Source: Escherichia phage MX01
DNA: 64,000 bases
Sequence record: NC_031934.1
Strand: one strand, 5' to 3'
Shown here: piece by piece, positions 20,344-31,032 of the stretch
Position numbering within the stretch: the first letter of the stretch is position 1
Layout: the number at the start of each line of letters is the position of its first letter
Position numbers and translations under genes: made by a program
Notes under the pieces: generated by a model
What the model was told of the DNA's origin: nothing
The model's database searches: none
The model's input: only the letters and a program-made list of their open reading frames with translations

Positions 20344-22063
20344 TCAGAATAGTTTTCGTCGCAATAAACTGATTGAAGAAATGGCTCCTCAGCGTCGTGC
20401 CGAGGCGCTAGCCCAAACTCAGAACGACGAATTAGGAAATATATCAGATGTTTTATCCGATTCCCAGGCGGCGTCTGAATTGCTCTCTGAAGTTGTTGAG
20501 ACAAAGTCTAACCAGATTATTAATTCTGTAGACCGAGTAGACAAAAGCGTCCAAGATGTTGTCGCTGGAACAGAATTAACGGCCGAAGCCATATCAGAAC
20601 AAACCCAACAGTCTAAAGCTCTTTCGGATGCATTAAACGAAAAGATTAATAAGCTTTCTAATATGTTGGAGGCTAAATTTTCTGGTATTTCTATTCCACC
20701 GGAAGGGAGCTCATTAAAGGTTATTGAAGACTCTATTCCTGAAGAACCTAAGGCCGAAACTCCTAAAGTTCCAGCCGTTATTGAAGATGTTCTTCCACCT
20801 GAAGATAATAAACCTGACGCTGAATTTATGCCGGAGCCTCCTAAAAATTCAGATGAAGGTAAAGAAGGTGATAAGACTTCTCTTTCTGGTAAAATTGAAG
20901 CCCTTACTAAAATAACTGAAAAGGGATTTAAAGCTTCTATAGGCGTCGCTGATAGAATTTCAGGCATGCTTTTTAAGTATACCATTACCGCCGCCGCTGA
21001 AGCTGCTAAACTCGCTGCAGGTTTGGTCCTTTTAATATTTGGTATAGATGCCATTCGTGTATACTTCCAATATTTCATGGACCAATTTGAGTCAGGGTGG
21101 AAAGAATTTAACGATAAGTTTAAAGAGTGGGGACCATTACTTGAAGGGTTAATGACATGGGCCAAGAATGCTGAAGCCATGTTTAGTGAAGGGAACTGGT
21201 TAGGTCTGGCCGAAGCTATTATTCGTGGTATGGTCAATCTTACTAAAAATATGGCACAGCTTTTAATGCTTGGTATTTCTAAGTTAATTTCTGCTATTTT
21301 AAGTAAAATACCTGGTATGGGTGATTTGGCTGAAAACGTAGAGGCTTCCGCTTTAATGTCATATCAACAAAATACTGGAGCTACTTTAGATGACGAGGAC
21401 CAAACTAAGATAGCCAAGTACCATGATAGACGTTCTGCCGAGGCTTTAGAAACAGCCGAGAAAATGAATAAGAAGTATAAGGATAAACCTGAGCTTATAA
21501 ACCGGGCAGAGAAATACGGCAATCTTACTAAAGAGCAAGCCGACCAATTACGCGCAGGTGGAATTGACACAAGCTTCCGTGACCTCCCTGAAGAAGAACG
21601 TTTAGAGTATTTCAAGAAACGTGATAAGACCCAAGCTGATATTATTCGTTTGACTCAAACTGCTGATAATATAATGAAGCCTGATTCTAAAGATATCGAA
21701 AATGCTAAAGCATTTAAAGCTGATATCGAGAAACAATTAGCCGACCCTATTATGGCTAAAGGTGGAGCACCGAAGGACCTTAATATCCAACAATTACTTG
21801 ATAAGATGAATAAATCTTTAGAGAAATTTAACGAAGCTGAAAAGCCTAAACCTGCTTCTGTAGCGGAATCTCCTGAAAATACCCAGGTTAAAAAGGTTGA
21901 TGAGCAAATGAGAGCAAAGGAAAATGCTAAATATAGTCAGCAAGCTCCAACTCAAATAAATCAGCAAACGAATATCAAGAAAACGAGTAAGACTAGTTAT
22001 AATTTACCGCCACAGTCTTCTACTCCTGCTCCTGGTATGCGTCAAGCTACTAAAGTTAATTAG
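20327..22063 (+). CDS. 29: Baseplate hub/tail tube length determinator gp29
   Basis: 578 aa (T4 gp29 about 590 aa); position. Confidence 0.9.
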   Translation: MKNESNQNSFRRNKLIEEMAPQRRAEALAQTQNDELGNISDVLSDSQAASELLSEVVETKSNQIINSVDRVDKSVQDVVAGTELTAEAISEQTQQSKALSDALNEKINKLSNMLEAKFSGISIPPEGSSLKVIEDSIPEEPKAETPKVPAVIEDVLPPEDNKPDAEFMPEPPKNSDEGKEGDKTSLSGKIEALTKITEKGFKASIGVADRISGMLFKYTITAAAEAAKLAAGLVLLIFGIDAIRVYFQYFMDQFESGWKEFNDKFKEWGPLLEGLMTWAKNAEAMFSEGNWLGLAEAIIRGMVNLTKNMAQLLMLGISKLISAILSKIPGMGDLAENVEASALMSYQQNTGATLDDEDQTKIAKYHDRRSAEALETAEKMNKKYKDKPELINRAEKYGNLTKEQADQLRAGGIDTSFRDLPEEERLEYFKKRDKTQADIIRLTQTADNIMKPDSKDIENAKAFKADIEKQLADPIMAKGGAPKDLNIQQLLDKMNKSLEKFNEAEKPKPASVAESPENTQVKKVDEQMRAKENAKYSQQAPTQINQQTNIKKTSKTSYNLPPQSSTPAPGMRQATKVN

Positions 22064-22071
22064 GACTAATA

Positions 22072-23160
22072 ATGAAAGCAAAAGAAATTGACATTGATGT
22101 AGCCTCCTTGTTTAAAGGAGGTTCAAAAATCTCCGCGGGTCAATCTAAAACACAAGCAATACAAACCACGGTAACCGCTCAGTATCCTGCTGAGCGGGCA
22201 TCAGGTAATGACACGTCAACAGACATGGTATTAAACGACCTCTATAAAAACGGATTGCTTTTTACCGCATATAATTTTAGCTCTCGTGTATCTCCTGATT
22301 TGCGTAATGACCGATCAAGCCAAATGACTAAAAAGTTTTCAAAGGCCGCTAGTAAACTTACCGGTAATACCGGAGGATTCAGTGCAGTTAAAAACTTGTT
22401 TAGTAATAACTCTAAGGGAGTTAAATTTGACAGCCAAGCTTTGGCAAATATTTTACTCCCACGTTCTAAATCTGATGTGGATTCAGTGTCGCATAAATTT
22501 AACGATGTGGGCGAATCATTGATTACTAAAGGTGGTGGTACTGCTACAGGTATTTTGAGTAACGTGGCAAGTACTGCGGTATTTGGTGCATTGGAATCCG
22601 TGACTAATGGCGTTATGGCAGATTCAGGTGAACAAATATACACCACTGCCCGTAGTATGTACGCTGGCCCGGATAACCGTACTAAGGTATTTACCTGGGA
22701 AATGACCCCACGAAACGCTCAAGACCTTATCCAGATTATTAAAATATATGAAATCTTTAACTATTATTCTTATGGCGAAACAGGCAATTCGGCCTTCGCA
22801 GGCGAATTAAAAGAGAAGATTGATACCTGGTATCGTTCTACGTTTAAAAAAGAAGCTATTGACAAGTTTGACGGTAAGCTATTAGGGGAAAGTATTACAA
22901 GCTTCCTTTCTAATGTTATTGTGGTAAGTAACCCGACCATTTGGTATATCCGAAACTTTGGCGATAGCAGTTCATATGACGGCCGTGAAGATATTTTTGG
23001 CCCATGCCAAATCCAAAGTATACGATTTGATAAAACTCCGGATGGGCATTTTAACGGATTGGCTATTGCTCCTAACTTACCATCTACATTTAGTTTAGAA
23101 GTTACTTTCCGTGAAATTATTACTCTGAACCGTGGCTCACTTTATACGGAAGGATTCTAA
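22072..23160 (+). CDS. 48: Baseplate tail tube cap gp48
   Basis: 362 aa (T4 gp48 364 aa); position. Confidence 0.9.
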   Translation: MKAKEIDIDVASLFKGGSKISAGQSKTQAIQTTVTAQYPAERASGNDTSTDMVLNDLYKNGLLFTAYNFSSRVSPDLRNDRSSQMTKKFSKAASKLTGNTGGFSAVKNLFSNNSKGVKFDSQALANILLPRSKSDVDSVSHKFNDVGESLITKGGGTATGILSNVASTAVFGALESVTNGVMADSGEQIYTTARSMYAGPDNRTKVFTWEMTPRNAQDLIQIIKIYEIFNYYSYGETGNSAFAGELKEKIDTWYRSTFKKEAIDKFDGKLLGESITSFLSNVIVVSNPTIWYIRNFGDSSSYDGREDIFGPCQIQSIRFDKTPDGHFNGLAIAPNLPSTFSLEVTFREIITLNRGSLYTEGF

Positions 23161-24113
23161 TGTATACTTTACAAGAATTTCAGAACCAGGCAATTAATAT
23201 TGACCTGCAGAGGAATAACCTGTTTAGTGTGGTATTTGCTACAGTTCCTTCTTCTAAATCTCAAGCGCTCCTCGACCAGTTCGGTGGAGCCTTATTTAAC
23301 AACATTCCATTGAATACCGATTTGTTTGGTATTACACAAGGAGAGTTGACCCAAGGTGTTACGACATTAGTGACAGCGGGCACTCAGAAGCTCATTCGTA
23401 AGTCAGGCATAAGTAAATATCTGATTGGAGCTATGTCATCCAGGGTTGTGCAGAGCTTACTAGGAGAGTTTGAAGTAGGCACCTATCTAATGGACTTTTT
23501 CAATATGGCTTATCCTACTGCTGGCCTTTTAGTCCATGCTGTTAAAATCCCGGATAATACTTTGAATTATGAAATGGATTTGAACCACAACTCGCCTAAT
23601 ATCAAAATTACCGGAAGAGAATATTCTCCGTTGGTATTAAGCTTCCGTATGGATTCTGAAGCTGCTAACTACCGTGCTTTTAATGATTGGGTCAATAGTG
23701 TCCAAGACCCAATCACACAGTTAAGAGCCTTACCTGAGGATGTTGAAGCCGACATTCAAGTCAACCTTCATTCTCGTAATGGATTACCACATACTGTAGT
23801 AATGCTTAACGGGTGTGTTCCTGTTAGTGTTTCATCGCCTGAATTATCTTATGACGGTGATAACCAAATTGCTTCGTTTGATGTTACATTTGCCTATAGA
23901 AGTGTGCAGACGGGTGCAGTGGGTAAACAGGCCGCTTATGAGTGGTTAGAAGATAAGATTATTAAAGGTATGGCTGGGATAAGTGAGAGTAATTCACTGA
24001 GTTCTTCAGTAGCTAAATTAAGCCGACTTTCAGGAGCTTCTAGTGGATTGACTGGATTGGTTAATACATTTGGTGGGCGTGCTATTAATAACGGAATATC
24101 GAGGTTGTTATAA
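23160..24113 (+). CDS. 54: Baseplate tail tube initiator gp54
   Basis: 317 aa (T4 gp54 320 aa); position; palindromic terminator follows. Confidence 0.9.
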   Translation: MYTLQEFQNQAINIDLQRNNLFSVVFATVPSSKSQALLDQFGGALFNNIPLNTDLFGITQGELTQGVTTLVTAGTQKLIRKSGISKYLIGAMSSRVVQSLLGEFEVGTYLMDFFNMAYPTAGLLVHAVKIPDNTLNYEMDLNHNSPNIKITGREYSPLVLSFRMDSEAANYRAFNDWVNSVQDPITQLRALPEDVEADIQVNLHSRNGLPHTVVMLNGCVPVSVSSPELSYDGDNQIASFDVTFAYRSVQTGAVGKQAAYEWLEDKIIKGMAGISESNSLSSSVAKLSRLSGASSGLTGLVNTFGGRAINNGISRLL

Positions 24114-24120
24114 CAAAAAA

Positions 24121-24138
24121 GGAGAGCATATGCTCTCC
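24121..24138. terminator. Perfect palindromic hairpin GGAGAGCATATGCTCTCC at convergent junction after gene 54
   Basis: 18-nt perfect palindrome flanked by A6 and T3. Confidence 0.75.
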
Positions 24139-24148
24139 TTTAGGGGGT

Positions 24149-24439
24149 TTATTTACGGAACGAAATGAAACCTGCTGCAGTCATTAATGGTTGCTTTTTA
24201 ACAAACACTGTGACTGAAATAGGAGCTTCAGATTCAAGCTGACCAGTCACTACACCATTAAAGATATTTTCAGTTTGTTCTGGATGAGAAAAATTCTCAA
24301 CAGGTCGGATATCAAACTGTTTGTCTTCACCGAAAACTCGACGTAATTCATTACCTACGGCACTGTCAAACACTTCAGAAGCAGGGATAACGTTTTCAAC
24401 TACCAGTTCTTGACCATTAAAACGGAATGCAGATTTCAT
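24149..24439 (-). CDS. Hypothetical protein downstream of the alt array
   Basis: 96-aa ORF with RBS; position corresponds to the alt.-x slots of T4. Confidence 0.5.
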   Translation of the reverse strand: MKSAFRFNGQELVVENVIPASEVFDSAVGNELRRVFGEDKQFDIRPVENFSHPEQTENIFNGVVTGQLESEAPISVTVFVKKQPLMTAAGFISFRK

Positions 24440-24496
24440 AATGTTCTCCTCATGTTTGTGTAAGGTAATAGTACCACATCCTTGTGGTGTTGTAAA

Positions 24497-26620
24497 CTAC
24501 ATTTTGAATTTATTTGATAAAGAAGAGATGTCCAAAGATGCAGCAAGGATTTCCATAGCTTCGTTGCTTTCAGAAACGGATTCATTAACCAAGAATTGAC
24601 TGAATCCATCCATCAGGCGAACTTCACCAGTTTCCATCAAATGGTCACCATCGTAAACAGATTCGCTGAGCTCTGAAGGAGGTGTTACGGTAGCTTCCAT
24701 AAGGTATTTGTGAGATACTCTATCATTCATGGCAAAAGCTGCTACTTTATCAACCTTCAACAATAATCCACGCGGAAGGATAATTTCTGCTTCTTCGGCA
24801 TATTCTGTAAGGTCACCAGGAGCGATAACTTTAACTGCTTCAGCACCTCGAATAACCATACCAATTTCAGCAATTCTATCTGCAGGACCTTCAGGTGCAA
24901 TTGGATTACCAAACTCGTCTTCTTCCCATTCTACCTCTTCATCATCGACTTCACCCACATCAGATGAACTACCGCTAGCCAATTTAAACAACTCATCAGC
25001 GGAGGATAAAGAACCTTCACCACCAACAAAAACGGCTTGGTTGTCGAGGGCCATATAATTTTTACCAAATTCGCCAAAGATGTTAGGCTTTAATGAGGCT
25101 GACACAAAGTTCTTAAAGTAAAATGTTTTGTTATCGATATTATGACGCAGAATTTTGTATGGCAAATCCTGACCACGATACAAAATAGTACCCTTAGGAA
25201 GTTTAATACCCTTAGTAAATGCTGAGTCTAAATCCTTAATCAATTTAATAGCCGTTGTATTGTTTTCGGATTCAGGTTTACCTAAAAGGAACAAGTTCAT
25301 AGGAGCATATTCAGCTGCGCAATATTCAATAATAGCATTGCTTTCGTCTTTGGTTAGGCCCTTAGGTTTAATGAGCTCACCTGAATAAGCATATGCATCA
25401 CTAATAGAATCGTTAATTAGTTTATAAACGGCTTCCATAGCGAAAGCAATTCGGGATGCTTTCTCTGAAGGGGAGCCTTTAAAACGGGTACTCAGGTTAT
25501 TAACAATTTTCTTAATAATATCCAGACTATTGGTTGTATTGATTTGCGAAAGGCCACTTAAAAGTCTATCGACTTCTGTATTAAAAAATGCCATATTATT
25601 AGAGTAAATTTCAAACCCTTGTTTATCTCTATTAGCATAATTTAGTTTAAATTTACTATCAGTCATTAAAGCGTGTGTGAGAGCAATAGTGTATCTAAAG
25701 TTGGCAAGGTCCTCGCTCTTAGATTTAAACTGAGAAGCCTGGCGCATTTTGGTAATAGCACCTTTTTTAAAGTTCTGACTAATCTGTTCAATACCTTCGT
25801 TCTCAGGGCCTTCAGCCGTGTGAACCGGTACAGAAGCTTCAAACTCGTTATAAACCTGCAATTCTTTAGGGGACAAAGTTTCAGGCTCAGCAGTAGAATA
25901 CTGCGCCGCCGCTGCCATACGACGCGAAATCTTAGTACGAGTAATGACAGCCTTATCAGTACGTTTCTCTTCAACTTGTGCAATAGATGCCGCTACGGCT
26001 TCGACCTTACTTACGGCCTGGCCGGTTTTCTTAGAAACATACACTTCGCCAACTTTAGACTCAACTTTAGTATAAAGATCGGCATTAATTTCAGGCATAC
26101 CCTTGATATCTTCAATATTAGCACCACGACGTACTAAAAGAACGTAGGTATGTTTTCCGCTGAATTGGAACATGTCGTCAACAACTTTAAACTTACCACC
26201 GGTACGAGCCATAGCCAAGCGAGCTAATACGCGCTGAACGGTAGGACCTTTACCTTTCATTTTCTTAGTAGGGAAACGGAACAAAACCGCGTCCATTTTA
26301 AGTTTGTTTATTTGTTCATATATGGTATCGAAAATGGTGTTCAGTGTACCGAGTGGATCGGTACCCAAACCACCCTTGAGTTCTGCCGGAGCGCCTTTAG
26401 CAGATAAACTCATTAAGATAACATGGACGTACTTATCACCCGGCTTAACCATTTTAATAGCATCGCCTTCAGACGCGTATGAAACCATACGCGCTACTAA
26501 ATTGTCATTACCAGGAGCATGGACCGCAAAAATCTGCGGTACGCCCGAGCCAGGTTTAAGATTTGTTACTGGGTAATTTTTTTTATCGCTTTTATCAAAA
26601 ACTTCGTTTAAATTTTCCAT
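24497..26620 (-). CDS. alt: Alt-like ADP-ribosyltransferase, paralog 1
   Basis: 707 aa; N-terminal 230 aa conserved with the two neighbours and T4 Alt (PQIF, LSAKG, KLKGGLG, TKVESKVGEVY); C-terminal R-S-E signature YRGQ / FVSASL / EAEIILPRG. Confidence 0.85.
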   Translation of the reverse strand: MENLNEVFDKSDKKNYPVTNLKPGSGVPQIFAVHAPGNDNLVARMVSYASEGDAIKMVKPGDKYVHVILMSLSAKGAPAELKGGLGTDPLGTLNTIFDTIYEQINKLKMDAVLFRFPTKKMKGKGPTVQRVLARLAMARTGGKFKVVDDMFQFSGKHTYVLLVRRGANIEDIKGMPEINADLYTKVESKVGEVYVSKKTGQAVSKVEAVAASIAQVEEKRTDKAVITRTKISRRMAAAAQYSTAEPETLSPKELQVYNEFEASVPVHTAEGPENEGIEQISQNFKKGAITKMRQASQFKSKSEDLANFRYTIALTHALMTDSKFKLNYANRDKQGFEIYSNNMAFFNTEVDRLLSGLSQINTTNSLDIIKKIVNNLSTRFKGSPSEKASRIAFAMEAVYKLINDSISDAYAYSGELIKPKGLTKDESNAIIEYCAAEYAPMNLFLLGKPESENNTTAIKLIKDLDSAFTKGIKLPKGTILYRGQDLPYKILRHNIDNKTFYFKNFVSASLKPNIFGEFGKNYMALDNQAVFVGGEGSLSSADELFKLASGSSSDVGEVDDEEVEWEEDEFGNPIAPEGPADRIAEIGMVIRGAEAVKVIAPGDLTEYAEEAEIILPRGLLLKVDKVAAFAMNDRVSHKYLMEATVTPPSELSESVYDGDHLMETGEVRLMDGFSQFLVNESVSESNEAMEILAASLDISSLSNKFKM

Positions 26621-26623
26621 TAT

Positions 26624-28669
26624 TTACCCTTGGATGAATTTTTCTGGGATTTCGTCAAAATTAATACATGAAGCTAAAATAGGCATTATATCCACCTTGG
26701 TCGATTTGACAAATGAATCAAAAGACACAGGGTTGTCGGTCTCTGTTTCTACACCTTGGTAAACAACCAATTCGCCTGTTTCCATCAATGCATCGCCATC
26801 ATAGATAACCGCATTTTCTGCTAGTTGGTCTGTGGTCTGGATATCTGCTTCCAATAATTTGGTGTTGTAGTTTCCTTTATATGAGGCATCAGTAATTTTA
26901 GTAATCTTAACTGTAGTTCCACGTGGAAGAATAACCTCTTGTTCTGTTGGAGAACCTGACAATTCACCAGGCATAATTACGTTAATAGAGTCTGCACCAG
27001 AAATTTTCCAGCCGATGTTCATCATTGTATTTTCGGAACTCGTCAGCATACTTGGAAGAACAATTTCATTATCGCCTTGGAAAGATGTCCCAGCGCGATA
27101 GTCTTGATGTACTGCTGCCATTGCGACGTTTGATACCCAGCCGCCAAAGATAATTGGCTTAAGGGACGTTGATACATAGTTCCTGAAATAAAACAATTTT
27201 GAGTGTTTGATTTTATCAAAAGTGTTAACATTTAAATATTGCCCACGCCAAAGTGTAATATCAGGTGGCAATTTATGGCCAATTTCAAATGCCGCATCCA
27301 TATCGTTAATTACTTCAATTACACGCTGGCTATCAATGAATTCTGCATCCTCTTCATAATAATTACCCAACAAATAATTATTAACATCGGTATAATATTG
27401 GCCACAATAAGAAGAAATAGCCTCACGCTGCTCATACTCAAATCGATTATCGCTATAACCGGCTGTAAAATGCATAAGACTTTCTGATGCTTCATTAGCA
27501 AAGTCGGTAACAGCAGCACTTATACGTTGAGCATACTCTTGTTCCCAAAGCTCTGCTGCATATTCTGACGCATCCATATTAGGAGGGGCCTCATTCACTT
27601 TTCTTTCGATAAATGCAGCTTTGCGAAGGTTAAGAATCTCTGCACATGATTCGGCAAAAATCTGCATCTGCTTCATACTGCCAACAGGAGCACGTTTAAG
27701 TTCACGATGCATACGGTTAAAAATTGGGTCAGAGTCTTCGACTCGAATTTCTTCTTTCCAAACACCATTTGCTCGCATAGCCGTATCTGCCGCGCGCATA
27801 CGGTCCATAGTATTCGTTTCAGAAGGTCGAACAAAAATTTCTAGTTCTTCATAATCATCGATAAGTTCTGCCGTAGCCGGTCGACTAAACTTAGCAGCTT
27901 CTGCATCAATTTCGTCCCAACCTTCCGGAACTTCATCTCGAGGAGAATACTGGGCTGCGGCCACAGCACGCCTAGAAATCTTGGTAGTAGTAATAACAGC
28001 CTTATCCGTACGTTTTTCTTCGACTGCCGCTATACTAGCAGATAGTGCTTCTATTTTGGTTACTGATTGGCCGGTTTTCTTAGAAACATAAACCTCACCA
28101 ACTTTAGACTCAACCTTAGTGTAAAGGTCTGCATCAATTTCAGGCATACCTTTTATGTCCTCAATATTAGCTTGTTTACGAACCAGTAAAACGTATGTAT
28201 GTTTGCCTGTAAATTGATACATATCATCGACAACTTTAAACTTGCCGCCAGTACGAGCCATCGCCAAACGTGCCAATACACGTTGAACAGTAGGACCCTT
28301 ACCTTTCATTTTCTTGGTAGGGAAGCGGAAAAGAACTGCATCCATTTTAAGTTTATTTACCTGTTCATATACCGTATCGAAAATGGTATTCAATGTACCA
28401 AATGGGTCAGAACCTAACCCACCTTTCAACTCGGCTGGGGTACCCTTAGCAGACAAACTCATTAGAATAACGTGGACATATTTGTCGCCTGGCTTAACCA
28501 TTTTAATAGCGTCTCCTTGAGACGCATAAGATACCATACGAGCAACCAAGTTATCATTACCTGGTGCTTGGATAGAGAAAATCTGTGGAATACCGGAACC
28601 TGGTTTAAGATTTATTACTGGATAGTTTTTAGCGGAATCACTATCAAAAACTTCGTTTAAATTTTCCAT
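26624..28669 (-). CDS. Alt-like ADP-ribosyltransferase, paralog 2
   Basis: 681 aa; same conserved N-terminal domain; R-S-E signature WRGQ / YVSTSL / EQEVILPRG; divergent central region. Confidence 0.85.
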   Translation of the reverse strand: MENLNEVFDSDSAKNYPVINLKPGSGIPQIFSIQAPGNDNLVARMVSYASQGDAIKMVKPGDKYVHVILMSLSAKGTPAELKGGLGSDPFGTLNTIFDTVYEQVNKLKMDAVLFRFPTKKMKGKGPTVQRVLARLAMARTGGKFKVVDDMYQFTGKHTYVLLVRKQANIEDIKGMPEIDADLYTKVESKVGEVYVSKKTGQSVTKIEALSASIAAVEEKRTDKAVITTTKISRRAVAAAQYSPRDEVPEGWDEIDAEAAKFSRPATAELIDDYEELEIFVRPSETNTMDRMRAADTAMRANGVWKEEIRVEDSDPIFNRMHRELKRAPVGSMKQMQIFAESCAEILNLRKAAFIERKVNEAPPNMDASEYAAELWEQEYAQRISAAVTDFANEASESLMHFTAGYSDNRFEYEQREAISSYCGQYYTDVNNYLLGNYYEEDAEFIDSQRVIEVINDMDAAFEIGHKLPPDITLWRGQYLNVNTFDKIKHSKLFYFRNYVSTSLKPIIFGGWVSNVAMAAVHQDYRAGTSFQGDNEIVLPSMLTSSENTMMNIGWKISGADSINVIMPGELSGSPTEQEVILPRGTTVKITKITDASYKGNYNTKLLEADIQTTDQLAENAVIYDGDALMETGELVVYQGVETETDNPVSFDSFVKSTKVDIMPILASCINFDEIPEKFIQG

Positions 28670-28672
28670 TAT

Positions 28673-30757
28673 TTACCCTTGGATGAATTTTTCTGGGATG
28701 TCATAGAGGTCTATGCATGAAGCCAAAAGAGACAGCACATCAACCCGTGTAGATTTAACAAATGAATCAAAAGATACAGGGCTTTCGGAAGTATCGAAAT
28801 CATCTTGATATACGACCAACTCGCCGGTTTCCATTAGTACGTCACCATCATACACCACAGATTCTTGAAGCTCATCTGTTGTCATAACTTCGGCTTGGAT
28901 GAGTTTTGTATTATTAGATGTTGTTCCATCATTATTAGAAGCATCTGTTATTTTATTAACTTTGACCATTAATCCACGTGGTAGAATAACTTCAGCTTCA
29001 GTTGCTATTCCGAGATTTCCTGGATATACAACATTAACTTTATGAGCCCCATCAATCGCCCATCCTATTTGAACTTTAACGTATTCAGGATTTTCTTTAT
29101 ATGCTCTTATTTCATTAGGATTGATAGTTATTCCTTCTTCATTTTTATCGACTGTCAATTCATTGCGAACTTCAGGTTCTAAAAGACCAATACCTGCGTG
29201 GGTAACACCAAAACGTCCGAAAATGATAGGAGTTAATGAAGTAGATACAAAATTTCTAAAATAAAACACTTTATTTTTAACTAGTGCTTCGTATATAGGA
29301 GCAGTCATACTCTGTGCACGATAAACTGTGATGCCTTCTGGTATACGGTCGCCATTTTCAAAAGCAGAATCCAAATTATTAACTGCAGATTCGATATCTT
29401 TTTCACTCATAATCTCATAGTTATGAGGATTGTAACGACCTAAAAGAAGGTTATTTATATCGCCGTATCCAGAGCCACAATATTCTCTGATGCCACGCTT
29501 TTGCGATGGGGTATATTTAGAACCCTCACGAGCAATAGTAATATCAACCATTGAACCACCACCCACACCAGCAAAACTATATACGCGTTTTTTAATGAAT
29601 TTGGTCTTGGCTGCTTTCCACTTGGACTCGGTCAATTCATTCCAGAGGTCATCAGGTTGTCCTTTACGAGTTTTGTTATGCGTAGCCAACCACTCGCCTT
29701 TGTATTCTTCGAAAACGGTATTAATAGCAGAGGCATATTTTTCTAGAGCTTTAACAGATGTCAAAGGTTCGTTTTTGATGGCTGATAGGATTTTCTCTTT
29801 AATTTTCTCTTTGATTTCACCTATACCGTGAAGAGGAAACATTTTATAATCGTAATGCAATTCTTCAGCAGTACCTTCAGCTACTATATTAGCAACCTTA
29901 TTTTTAGCCGCAGGAGAATTGTTATTAGTAACCATTTCCTGGGCCTCAGGGATTAATGGAACTGTTGCCGGTTTATTAAAATCCGCTGCAGTAGCTTCAT
30001 ATTTCTTAAACAATTCACTTTCATTACGATAAGATTCCAATGATTGGCTTGCTGCAATGGCGCGCCTAGAAATCTTAGTCTTGGTTATAACCATTTTATC
30101 AGTGCGACGTTCTTCAACCTTAGCAATACTGCCGGCAATAGCAGTTTCTTTAGTAACCTGCACACCTTCTTTTTTGGAAATATAAACTTCACCGACATCA
30201 GAATCTACCTTAGTATACAATTCAGCATTAATTCCAGGCATACCTTTGATATCTTCGATATCAGCTTGTTTACGGACTACCAGGATGTAAGTATGTTTAC
30301 CGGTAAATTGGTACATAGCCGGAACCACTTTAAAACGTCCACCGGTTTTCTGTGTTACCAAACGTTGGATAATACGTTGAACGATAGGGCCTTGACCTTT
30401 CATTTTCTTGGTAGGAAAACGGAACATCACGGCATCCATACGAAGCTTTTTAACTTGGTCATAAACCACATCAAAAATAGTATTAATCGCATCTACAGGA
30501 GTAGGGCCAAGGCCACCTTTAAGTTCGGCTGGAGTACCTTTAGCTGAAAGGCTCATAAGGATAACGTGGGCATATTTATCACCCATTTTAACTTGTTTAA
30601 TAGCATCACCTTCAGAAGCGTAGGATACCATACGAGCAACTAATTGGGACTCTGCATCGCCAATCTTCCAAATCTGGGGTACTTTAAGTTTTGGGTTCAA
30701 GTTTACTGTAGGCAGAGTGCCTTCGGACTCAAACACTTCATTTAATTGTTCGGTCAT
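28673..30757 (-). CDS. Alt-like ADP-ribosyltransferase, paralog 3
   Basis: 694 aa; same conserved N-terminal domain; R-S-E signature YRAQ / FVSTSL / EAEVILPRG; C-terminal tail shared with paralog 2. Confidence 0.85.
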   Translation of the reverse strand: MTEQLNEVFESEGTLPTVNLNPKLKVPQIWKIGDAESQLVARMVSYASEGDAIKQVKMGDKYAHVILMSLSAKGTPAELKGGLGPTPVDAINTIFDVVYDQVKKLRMDAVMFRFPTKKMKGQGPIVQRIIQRLVTQKTGGRFKVVPAMYQFTGKHTYILVVRKQADIEDIKGMPGINAELYTKVDSDVGEVYISKKEGVQVTKETAIAGSIAKVEERRTDKMVITKTKISRRAIAASQSLESYRNESELFKKYEATAADFNKPATVPLIPEAQEMVTNNNSPAAKNKVANIVAEGTAEELHYDYKMFPLHGIGEIKEKIKEKILSAIKNEPLTSVKALEKYASAINTVFEEYKGEWLATHNKTRKGQPDDLWNELTESKWKAAKTKFIKKRVYSFAGVGGGSMVDITIAREGSKYTPSQKRGIREYCGSGYGDINNLLLGRYNPHNYEIMSEKDIESAVNNLDSAFENGDRIPEGITVYRAQSMTAPIYEALVKNKVFYFRNFVSTSLTPIIFGRFGVTHAGIGLLEPEVRNELTVDKNEEGITINPNEIRAYKENPEYVKVQIGWAIDGAHKVNVVYPGNLGIATEAEVILPRGLMVKVNKITDASNNDGTTSNNTKLIQAEVMTTDELQESVVYDGDVLMETGELVVYQDDFDTSESPVSFDSFVKSTRVDVLSLLASCIDLYDIPEKFIQG

Positions 30758-30793
30758 AATAATTCCTCTTTAATAACCTTATTTATGCCAGAA

Positions 30794-30809
30794 AAGGCCC
30801 GAAGGCCTT
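30794..30809 (-). terminator. Hairpin AAGGCC-CGAA-GGCCTT upstream of alt paralog 3
   Basis: 6-bp stem with tetraloop in the only sizeable gap flanking the alt array. Confidence 0.45.
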
Positions 30810-31032
30810 AAAGTGGTAGCAACGTACGGTATACTTCAAATTTAGGACCCTTTTCATAGCGGTCGAAATTATCTTTAAAATCAGCGAATGCGATTTCATT
30901 TTCAAATTCAAGGACAATTTGGGACACTGCAGTGGAGACATCCCCACCTTCTTTATATCCAATAACCACGGTTTCTAAATAAGCTTTCATATTATAGTCC
31001 AGTTTGAGACCAATCACCAAATACATCTTCAA
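30808..31032 (-). CDS. Hypothetical small protein between alt array and ligase
   Basis: 74-aa ORF; overlaps ligase 3' end by about 40 nt and a terminator hairpin, so boundaries uncertain. Confidence 0.35.
   Translation of the reverse strand: MKMYLVIGLKLDYNMKAYLETVVIGYKEGGDVSTAVSQIVLEFENEIAFADFKDNFDRYEKGPKFEVYRTLLPL

Noticed and set aside
20419-21237. 272-aa ORF antisense to gene 29
   Set aside because: Embedded in gp29 coding sequence with a Ser/Ala-rich low-complexity translation; no independent start signals.
25673-26137. 154-aa plus-strand ORF inside alt paralog 1
   Set aside because: Antisense to a well-supported ART gene; Arg/Leu/Phe-rich low-complexity translation.
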